From Anthoceros angustus (Eukaryota > Plantae > Anthocerotophyta), in assembly GCA_010909165.1 (NCBI GenBank), contig MU008217.1, positions 62,001-126,000 of the forward strand: a DNA stretch of 64,000 nt. The letters are read 5' to 3'. The stretch's first letter is position 1; the number at the start of each line of letters is the position of its first letter. Both the position numbers and the translations under genes were made by a program. The notes beneath the pieces are model-generated. The model searched no databases. It was not told the origin of the DNA and saw only the letters and a program-made list of their open reading frames with translations. This document shows, one piece after another, positions 50,878 through 61,200 of the stretch.

Positions 50878-53760
50878 AACCCGAGACTTGGACAGTTTGA
50901 TCCGCTCCAGTCCCCTCCCTTTGTGTGTTGTGCCGCTTCACTATAGGGACCATCCTCTTTCAAGCCCCTAGGCCTCCTTTGGCAGCATATTCAGCATGAA
51001 TCATGCACACTTATGTTTCTCTTAGTTTGGGGTCGGTGGTTAAAAGCTTGGACAAAAGTCACGAAGTGTACACCACTGTTGCATGTGTGCATGTTTGGAA
51101 CCCTAAACCCACGCCAGTGCCATTCTTGCGTGCTTCGCACCAGCCGGGTCCCCGCGTGCTTCGCGCCATCCGGATCCCTCCCAAAAGGACACGGCGCGGA
51201 GTGCGGTGGAGGTCTGCTTCCATCAATGATGTACCATCAGACACGGGATCCGGCATCAATCTCATCACAGAGAACACCGCTAGGAAATAGGGTTTCATGA
51301 ACTTTGAACCTTCGACCAAGGTCCTCATAATGGTGGACAAGTCGCATCGGGACCCGGTGGGAGATCTCACCGGAGTCCTTGACCATAGCGGAGCTTCCTA
51401 CATCTTGGACTTTGTAGTCATCAAATGTGGGCCGTTGGGGTATGGGCTGTGCAGGAAGACCCTAGCTCAATCTAAACCAAACTCCAATTCGCCCAGGAAG
51501 AGATCCATTTTTAAATGGTTGATTGGGACCCGAAAATAAGGGAAGGCGGTAGCACTCATACAATGCATTTGAGTGAGTGTTTCGAGTCGGTCGGTGAGGG
51601 GCAGAAGGCAAGCAAAGGCGAGAGCCTGGCGATTAGACCTCGGAGTTGAAGGAAAATTAGGAGGACAAGAGCCGGGGTAAGGAAATTGAAGGAGTTACCC
51701 ACTTCACCTCGGACGAGCTTTTTAGGAATGGGGATGCGGGAAGATGATCCGCGAATGGAGGATGAAGGCTTTGGTCAGCTCGGCAACACGGGAGTGGGAG
51801 GATCAACCCGAGACTTGGGCTTGATCCGCTCGGTCCCTCCCTTTGTGTGTGTGCCGCTTCACTATAGGGACCATCCTCTTTCAAGCCCCTAGGCCTCCTT
51901 TGGCAGCATATTCAGCATGAATCATGCACACTTATGTTTCTCTTAGTTTGGGGTCGGTGGTTAAAAGCTTGGACAAAAGTCACGAAGTGTACACCACTGT
52001 TGCATGTGTGCATGTTTGGAACCCTAAACCCACGCCAGTGCCATTCTTGCGTGCTTCGCACCATCCGGGTCCCCGCGTGCTTCGCGCCATCCGGATCCCT
52101 CCCAAAAGGACCCTGGAGCGCCGGAGGTGCAGGTGGAGATTGCTGGCTGCTTCATCAATGATGTACCATCAGACACGGGATCCGGCATCAATCTCATCAC
52201 AGAGAACACCGCTAGGAAATAGGGTTTCATGAACTTTGAACCTTCGACCAAGGTCCTCATAATGGTGGACAAGTCGCATCGGGACCCGGTGGGAGATCTC
52301 ACCGGAGTCCTTACGACCATAGCGGGAGCTTCCTACATCTTGGACTTTGTAGTCATCAAACCCGCGGGGCCGTTGGGGTATGAACTGTTGCTGGGAAGAC
52401 CCTAGCTCAAGCTGGCCCGAACCAAACTCCAATTCGCCCAGGAAGAGATCCATTTTTAAATGGTTGATTGGGACCCGAAAATAAGGGAAGGCAGAGTAGC
52501 ACTACTGCCACAATGCATTTGGAGCTGAAGTGACTGTTTTCGAGTCGAGTCGCAGACTGAGGGGCCAGAAGGCAAGCAAAGGGCAGGAGCCACAACTGAT
52601 TAGACCTCGGAGTTGAAGGAAAATTAGGAGGACAAGAGCCGGGGTAAGGAAATTGAAGGAGTTACCCACTTCACCTCGGACGAGCTTTTTAGGGAATGGG
52701 GGATGCGGGAAGATGATCCGCGAATGGAGGATGAAGGCTTTGGTCGCAGCTCGGCAACACGGGAGTGGGAGACGATCAACCCAGATGATGTGGAGGACGT
52801 GGAAGTGAAGCCGGGGAATTTTCTAAAATTCAGGAGAGGGATGCATCTTGCCTCGAAGGATGGACTGAAGCAAATGTTGGGAGAATTCTGCGACGTGTTA
52901 AATTTGCCTTCAAGGTTACGGACATGAAAGGGATTCCAAAGAAGTGGGGAGGGCATAAAATTAATTTGAAGCCTGGAGAGCACCCGTAAGGATCTGACAG
53001 TACTTACAAGTTGAACTCAAAACACTCGCTCAAGGTGAAGGAGGTCCTAGACAAGTATTTGGAGGCAGACGTCATCTTTCCAATTGTGAACAACGAGTGG
53101 GTGGCACCTATTGTGGTGGTTCCAAAGAAACATCCCGGCCAAATTCGTGTTTGCTAGGAATGGAGGAAGCTCAATGCAGCCACATGGAAAGATCACTTTT
53201 CGATGCCCTTCGTTGACGATATACTGAACAAGGTGGCCGGGCGGATGACCTACTCCTTCCTGGATGGCTATTCAGGGTACAACCAGCTGCACTTGCGGGA
53301 GTCGGATTGGGAAAACCATTTTCACCACGAAGTGGGGGACATTTGCGTACAAGAGGAGTGCCTTAAGAATGAGGGGAGCACCTGGGTCCTTCATGCGGAT
53401 GGTGACAAATGTCTTTCGGGACTTTCTAAGGGACTTCATAGAGGTGTTCTTGATTGATTTTTGCGTTCACGACGATGAGGACAAACATGTCGGACATTGA
53501 AGGAAGTGCCTAGAACGCTGCCGGGAAATCCAACTATGCTTACACCTGGAGAAGTGCTATTTCAAAATGACAGAAGGGATACTGCTGGGCCATCGTGTGT
53601 CCAATATGGGCATCGGGTGGACCAAGATACGATCAAGATCATCCAGTCTCTCCTGCCACCAACGAACCTAAAGGAGCTAAGGGGGTTCCTAGGAATGGTA
53701 GGTTATTACCAAAGGTTCATTAACTTATTGAACCTAATGAACTTAAAGGAATTCGCTAAA
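50878..53760 (+). mobile_element. Non-chromovirus Gypsy (Athila/Tat-like) protease-RT fragment with a ~920-bp tandem duplication
   Basis: DTGSGINLI protease motif twice (~51240, ~52172); RT EWVAPIVVVPKK..IRVC..RKLNAAT.KDHFSMPFVDDIL..FLDGYSGYNQ, ELRGFLGMVGYY. Confidence 0.85.
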
Positions 53761-54893
53761 TGAGGCTCCACTTCAAGGTCGTCGTAGCCTGGTGGATCCG
53801 TCATCATTGGTGAACTAGGCGACGAAGCTCGGATCCTGCAAAAATTGGGCAACTCCGGTATATTATGATCTTCACTACGGCTCCTTGATGAAGGTGGTGA
53901 AGATTGTCAATAGGGGCCTTCACCGGCACCTAATAATAAGCAAAGTGATTAGGAAAGAGAAGCAATGAAAATGCAGAGATATTTTTGGTAATTATGAAAT
54001 ACCAGAAATATGGTGTTTATTTTATGGGACTCACGTTTGCTAGGTGGATTTCCAAGATCTTCAACTATGACTTGTGATCTGCTAATCCTCGTCTGAATAT
54101 TGAGGAAATCCAGCCCATCATCAGCATCTTCAGCCTCATCTCCGACGCGATAGACTGGACTCCAAGGATTTGCACTAGGAACATCAACACCGGCAGAATC
54201 GTGGAGCCCAGCCTCAGCATGATCACCAAAAATTTGCAACAGGGAATTGTGGCCTGGACCAGCTCAGCGCGCTTCCCAGAAAGGCGCGCCCGTCTGACAC
54301 GGCATGTCGCTGGCCACATGGCGCAAAGTACCAGGCGCGCTATGCCGCTTGGCGCGCGTCTTTGAAGCGCCGCGCGCCGCGGCGCTAGAGGCGGAGGAGC
54401 ATCTCTGCCTCGCCATGGAGGGGATGTTTCATGGGTACGCGAGATATGTCGTGCACTACAACAACAGCGGGTTTAGACCCGCGGTGTTACCGGCCCACTA
54501 CTTACTGCTTTTCCACCAATCGGTGGACAGGGGCGGTTAAAGCCGGAATATGCCCGTTTTGGGCTTTTCGGCTTATTTTCTGCCCCATTTCCATTTTATT
54601 TTCATTTATCCTATTTACAGGCCTATTTCCTGGTTATTAATTCCTGTTTTAGGCCTGATTTTATTTTTTCAGCTTATTAGCCTATTTTCTATAGCTTGTT
54701 TGGCGTTTTAGTTTTAGGCTAATTTTTCCTTTCTGGTTAATAAACTTTTGAAGTTAATTTTGGTTATCTTAAATGAGCTTAAGTTTTAGTAATTTTTCTT
54801 AAGCTGATAACTTTAGATTTAGTGGGAGTCTACTTATATTTTAAGCCTTGTTCTGAAGCTAGTTCTCACACCTACATTCATAGTGAGGGGGAG

Positions 54894-55150
54894 TGATGAA
54901 ATATATCTAGGTTAGGGCACTATTCATTAGGGCACCTTACTTAAACATTAATGTATATCTAGGGCATTAGTTGCTCTAGGTAGTTAGTTGTTATATTAGT
55001 TGCAACTACCTAGTGGTTACAACAACTTATGGTTGTAACCACTTAACCACCTAACCACCTAGCCTATATAAAGGCTTGTACTCTTTACTTTCTTAATTCA
55101 ATTGTAATGCAAGCATCTTTTATGCTTAGAGCTTAGCATGATTTTCATCA
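54894..55150 (+). repeat. 3' LTR preceded by a PPT; abuts Gypsy gag
   Basis: PPT TGAGGGGGAG at 54884-54893; perfect 8-bp terminal inverted repeat TGATGAAA...TTTCATCA; internal TATATAAA. Confidence 0.8.
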
Positions 55151-56170
55151 GGGGTCCGTCCATGCCCCGTCCGCCGATGCAACACCGCATGGGGGCACCC
55201 CCGGGAATCCTCCGGGTAGCGGTGGTCTGCTGGAATTGTGGTAACTCGGGGCACTACTCCAACGCCTGCCCATACCCCACTAGGCAAGGTAATGGAGATT
55301 TCGAGCGCCTGTGTGGAGATTGCAAACAGGCGGGCCATATGGCAGGCAACACCTTGTGCCCGAACCCTCGCACAAGGACGGTGCGCTACGCCACTCCTGC
55401 TGGGGAACCGCGACCACCCACACCCCCCATTCCCAAGGGCTGGCGATCTGCAGATTGAAGACGCCGCGGGCGGAGTGGGAGAGAACACGAGGAACCCGAG
55501 CAGTGGAGGGAGGAAGGTGCGACTAGTGAGGAGGAGAAGGTGGCCATGGAGTCTTGGAGGAGCAGATGCTTGAGGGAGAAATCCAGGCGGATGGGTGGTC
55601 AGCCACAGTGGGCGGTGGTGGAGAGCTAAGAGATTTGCAGCGGACCCACGGCGTGACTAAGGAGTCCCCCACGCCATTCAAGGTGGCAGACTTGATGATG
55701 AACCAACAGCACCTAGTATCGTTTCGGCAGCTGTTGAGAGATAACCCAAAGTACCGGCAGGAGGTCCGACAGGCCATCAAGGAGAGACAACCACGACGGG
55801 GCACCTCTGGCCATAAAACCAAACCGCTAGAGGTGAGGGTGGTATCCCACAGACCAGAGGCGCCGTGGTTCGTGGAAATCGTGAGTGCGTGTCGAGCGTG
55901 CCCCTCGACACGGGTTCAGGGGTCAATCTCATCACGGAGGCCACGACACGACGCTTGGGGTTCACTATGTTTGAGCCCTCCACCAAAACCCTTAGGATGG
56001 CGGACATGTCGAGGCACCCACCTGCGGGGGAGCTGTCCGGAGTCCAAGCAAACATAGCAGGAGCACCCTACACGCTGGATTTCGTGGTCATCAAGCCCGC
56101 AGGACCTTTGGGGTACGAGGTGCTGTTAGGACACCCCTGGCTCGGACTCTGTGGGCCACGGACTCTTCCC
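55151..56170 (+). mobile_element. Gypsy gag (two zinc knuckles) and protease fragment
   Basis: CWNCGNSGHYSNAC, CGDCKQAGHMAGNTLC, LDTGSGVNLI, YEVLLGHPWL; related to the 51-53 kb element. Confidence 0.85.
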
Positions 56171-56224
56171 TTGGGTAGGAAATGAGCTAGGTTTTGTTTT
56201 TTTTTGAGGCGTGGAGTAGGAAAT

Positions 56225-56495
56225 AAGGCGGAAAGGAAGAAATAAGGCCGGAGTACTCCAGACTGCACTCCGGAGTAGGCAAAGGTGCTCTTGACCGCAC
56301 TCCGGAGTGACTCCAGACTATACTCCGGAGTAGGCAGAGGGGCCCCGGACCGCACTCCAGAAGAGCTACGGACTACACTCCAGAGTGGATACACACTGCC
56401 CTCTGGAGCGCACCGTGGTAAGTCCGGACTATACTCCGGAGCAAGGCGGGATAAGTACGCCAAGTAAAGTAACTTAGGAGTCGGAGCATATTTTA
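56225..56495. repeat. Cluster of short ACTCCRGAG palindromic motifs, possibly the subterminal region of a DNA transposon
   Basis: ACTCCGGAG/ACTCCAGA repeated about 8 times within 270 bp. Confidence 0.5.
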
Positions 56496-56672
56496 GGATG
56501 TTCCAGTGGACAATGACCTTGGCCACTTGCCCTCACCACTTTATCGTCCGACATCAACCAGCCATTGGACGTAAATCGGCCTCAACATTCTTATATGCCG
56601 CCTCTACCTTTCCTCACCTTGAGGCTCCGGACTCGCCTCCAATTTCTTCACCCATGGTTGTAAACCGCCTCA

Positions 56673-58400
56673 GACCTCCACGGTCCACCTCACCGTCCTC
56701 CTCGTGCTCTTGGAGCAAACCTCCTTGTTGGACAGCCAATAATCTTCCGAGCGCACTCTCGGATGAAACGCTATCTATCAAGCGTCAGTGTGGCCGAAGA
56801 TATCCAGTGCCATTGCTCGCTTAGCTCCTCCGCTTCCTCCCCGGGGCCCGGTCGGGGTATCTCTTGGTGACGTTGTTGCGCTCCACCAAGCGCCAGGGCT
56901 CCCACACTTCCGCCGCCTTCTTGTGTGCCATTGCCGCGCTCTTCCCGCTCCGCTGTTGGGAATTGTGTCTCAACACTCCTCTGCCTCTCTGTCGCTGCGT
57001 TGGCCTCCAACCACGAAGGTGAGCCGCGTGCAAGAGTGCCTGGGCGCTCGAAAAGACAACGCCAGAGGGCTGGGTGTCTGAGCGCAAGAGACTGCGAAAA
57101 CCGTCGCGAGGTCACGAGGAAGAATGACCTTCGCTCGCGCGACGTCGAGTAGGGCCAAGGTGAGGGCGCGTCTCGCCGGTAATCGCCGTGAGGCCCGCAT
57201 GGCGTACTCTAGCCTTACGCGCGCGTACCTCGGTCTTCTCCGCGTCTCTCTTACGTTGTACAGCGCGTGAATACACCATAACGGCATCGCAACCTCGGTC
57301 ACGTCCGGCTGCATGCCCGTTCACCTCTCAGAACCGTCCACGTGGCCCAGCAAGGTGGATCACCTTAGTGACAATCTTTTGGTGTTCCTGCACACTCTGC
57401 AGCGGGGGAAGAGGGCCGACTGGGGGCGGATCATCTTCGCCCGGATCAACCAGGAGGCTAGGAAGCTACGGAGTGAGAAGCCGCCTCCGTCAGCACGATC
57501 GCCCTTCCTCATCCATGTATGGGGACACCTCAACCTCCACGGTCCACCTCACCGTCCTCCTCGTGCTCTTGGAGCAAACCTCCTTGTTGGCGACCGCCAA
57601 TAATCTTCCGAGCGTACTCTCGGATGAGAGCAACGCTATCAAACGTCCAGACCGCGCTGAAGATATCCAGGTGCCATTGCTCCGCTAGCTCCTCCGCTTC
57701 CTCCAGCCAGGGCCCGAAGTCGGGGTATCTCTTGGTGACGTTGTTGCGCTCCACCAAGCACCAGGGCTCCCACACTTCCGCCGCCTTCTTGTGTGCCATT
57801 GCCGCGCTCTTCCCGCTCCGCTGTTGGGAATTGTGTCTCAACACTCCTCTGCCTCTCTGTCGCTGCGTTGGCCACTCCAACCACGAAGGTGAGCCGCGTG
57901 CAAGAGTGCCTGGGCGCTCGAAAAGACAACGCCAGAGGGCTGGGTGTCAGCGCAAGAGATCGCGAAACCGTCGCGAGTCACGAGGAAGAATGACCTTCGC
58001 TCGCGCGGCGTCGAGTAGGGCCAAGGTGAGGGCGCGTCTCGCCGGTAATCGCCGTGAGGCCCGCATGGCGTACTCTAGCCTTACGCGCGCGTACCTCGGT
58101 CTTCTCCGCGTCTCTCTTACGTTGTACAGCGCGTGAATACACCATAACGGCATCGCAACCTCGGTCACGTCCGGCTGCATGCCCGTTCACCTCGTAACCG
58201 TCACGTGGCCCAGCAAAGGTGGATCACCTTAGTGACAATCTTTTGGTGTTCCTGCACACTCTGCGGCGGGGAAGAGGGCGGTACCGGGGCGGATCATCTT
58301 CGCCCGGATCAACCAGAGGCTAGGGAAGCTACTTGAGTGAGAAGCCTCCGTCACAAGGCGATCGCCCTTCCTCATCCATGTATGGGGACACCTCAACCTC
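56673..58400 (+). repeat. ~860-bp tandem duplication in a probable retroelement accessory ORF region
   Basis: Units start ACCTCCACGGTCCACCTCACC at ~56673 and ~57533; encodes LLVFLHTLQRGKRADWGRIIFARINQE..PFLIHVW. Confidence 0.8.
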
Positions 58401-58894
58401 CTGAAGGAGGGAGAGGAGGAGCGGGCGCTCGGGGGAAAGGGTGGCGGCCTTGCAGGCGGAGGCGTGAGGCGGGCGCCCGGTGAGGTCCAACCTCCCTAAC
58501 AAAGCGGGCCCGGGAGGAAGACGATTGGGAAGGGATTCCGAATTCCATCCGGTTGGAACGGACCCCCTTGCCGCCCCGGGAGGTATGGGAGGATATTCCT
58601 GCCTCCCTTCTTTTGGTCCCGGTAGCGGAGCTCACATGCCGGGCAGGCGCAGCCGGAGGAGGAAGCTGGCGATTGCGGCGCCCGGCGGCCCGGCAACCCA
58701 CCACGGCCCCAGCAGCGGAGCCTCATCGGACGAGGAGAGTCGTCGAGGCGGAAGGCGGCTCCCTGTGAAGTGCCAAAGGCCGCCACCGGTTCCTTTGCCT
58801 ACCTCTGGTGGAGGCGGAGAAGCCGTAGAGGCGGGATGCATGAGGAGCGAGGCCAGCGGCAACCACACACGGGTGATCCTGTCTCCAGAAGAGG

Positions 58895-61200
58895 CAAGCA
58901 GGCCGGCTCGAGGACCCCTCACCACCTCCGAGCCCCAAGCGAAGGCCAGGTGGAGAAGGAGTTAAGCGGCCAAAGCAGGCCAAGGTGGTGGAAGGGCGGA
59001 CCAGGTACTCGGGACTGAAATTCCGGATCAGTCCGGAGAGCCCGATCCGGACTTCCTGGGTATGATATCATGATCCCTAACGGATGAGAGATGCCCGCAC
59101 CCACGGACTTCACAGGTGCGTCCCAGATGGTGGCCCGTGGAGAAGCGGCTGTTGGTTTATAGGTTCACGCAGAATCGAGAATCACGCGCACGGCGAGGCG
59201 ATAGTCTTAAAAGCAGAAAAGTGCAGAGACATATTTCCATGTCCGTGAAAGCAGTTGTAACTAACTAGCTTCTAGGGTTTACCAAAGAGTGCCCTAGGTA
59301 TATTCAATGTAGCTTAACTAATAATTAATATTATCCAACACCCTCTCATTGGATATCGACCATAACCACGAGGCCCCTGGCGGTGCATAAGCCAACAAAT
59401 CTGGAACTTGTAAGATGTACGATTCATGAGTCTTCACCAACGCCCGCAGCTCGCGTTATACCTTGTGCTCCTTGAAATGGCCGCTCGTGCGGCACCCATA
59501 GACAGCGAATCCTGAGGCGCCACCCGCGGTGGACCCCTCGATGTTCGCAAATGCTCCGCCGCCACTCGGACTCGTTCTTGAGGGGCCTCAATAGCTAGAG
59601 AATCACCCGAGTGCGATGAGGGCGAGAGCTCTGCACTATTGATCCGCCGCCATGTCCTGTACATCACAGGCGGGCAAGCAGGCCTCCTGCGACCCCTCAC
59701 CACCTCCGAGCCCCAAGCGAAGGCCAGGTGGAGAAGGAGTTAGCGGCCAAAGCAGGCCAAGGTGGTGGAAGGGCGGACCAGGTACTGTGGACCTCGAGGA
59801 GGTCCTGATCAGTCCGGAGAGCCCGATCCGGACTTCCTCCGGGATCGTGATGGCGGTCCCTAACGGACCGAGAGATGCCCGCACCCACGGACTTCACAGG
59901 TGCGCCCCTGGTGGCTGGAGGAAACGCTTTATAGGTTCACGCAGAATCGTAATCACGCCCGAGAGCAATCCGCCTTAAAAGAAAAGTGTACAGGGAACAT
60001 ATTTCCATGTCCGTGAAAGGTTGTAATAACTAACTAGCTTCTAGGGTTTACCAAAGAGTGCCCTAGGTATATTCAATGTAGCTTAACTAATAATTAATAT
60101 TATCCAACACCCTCTCATTGGATATCGACCATAACCACGAGGCCCCTGGCGGTGCATAAGCCAAACAACTGAACTTGTAAGATGTACGATTCATGAGTCT
60201 TCACCAACGCCCGCAGCTCGCGTTATACCTTGTGCTCCTTGAAATGGCCGCTCGTGCGGCACCCATAGACAGCGAATCCTGAGGCGCCACCCGCGGTGGA
60301 CCCCTCGATGTTGCCGCAAATGCTCCGCCGCCACTCCAGACTCGTTCTTCAGAGGCCTCAATAGCTAGAGAATCACCCGAGTGCGATGAGGGCGAGAGCT
60401 CTGCACTATTGATCTGCCGCCATGTCCTGTACATCACAGGCGGGCAAGCAGGCCTCCTGCGACCCCTCACCACCTCCGAGCCCCAAGCGAAGACGGTGGA
60501 GAAGGAGTTAGCGGCCAAAGCAGGCCAAGGTGGTGGAAGGGCGGACCAGGTACTGTGGACCTCGAGGAGGTCCTGATCAGTCCGGAGAGCCCGATCCGGA
60601 CTTCCTCCGGGATCGTGATGGCGGTCCCTAACGGACCGAGAGATGCCCGCACCCACGGACTTCACAGGTGCGCCCCTGGTGGCTGGAGGAAACGCTTTAT
60701 AGGTTCACGCAGAATCGTAATCACGCCCGAGAGCAATCCGCCTTAAAAGAAAAGTGTACAGGGAACATATTTCCATGTCCCGTGAAAACGGTTGTAATAA
60801 CTAACTAGCTTCTAGGGTTTACCAAAGAGTGCCCTAGGTATATTCAATGTAGCTTAACTAATAATTAATATTATCCAACACCCCCTCTCATTGGATATAC
60901 GACCATAACCACGAGGCCCCCAAGCAGTGCATAAGCCAAACAAATCTGGAACTTGTAAGATGTAAGACAGGATACCAATCAACGCCACCACTGCACGCCC
61001 GCTTGTGCTCCTCAAACGAATGGCTCAAAGACCCATAGACTTGACAGAATCTGAGAGCGCCAGCCACAGTGGACCCTCGATGTTCGCAAATGCTCCGCCG
61101 CCACCTGCACTGCTCTTCGGGACGCCCAATAGCTAGAGAATCACCCGAGTGCGATGAGACGATGACCGCTGACTATTGATCCGCCGCCATGTCCTGACAT
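58895..61200. repeat. ~770-bp tandem trimer, each unit containing a Copia 3' LTR and PPT plus flank
   Basis: LTR-end/PPT junction TATCCAACA|CCCTCTCA at 59340, 60109 and 60880. The first LTR is complete (TGTTGG...TCCAACA, 59150-59340). Confidence 0.85.
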
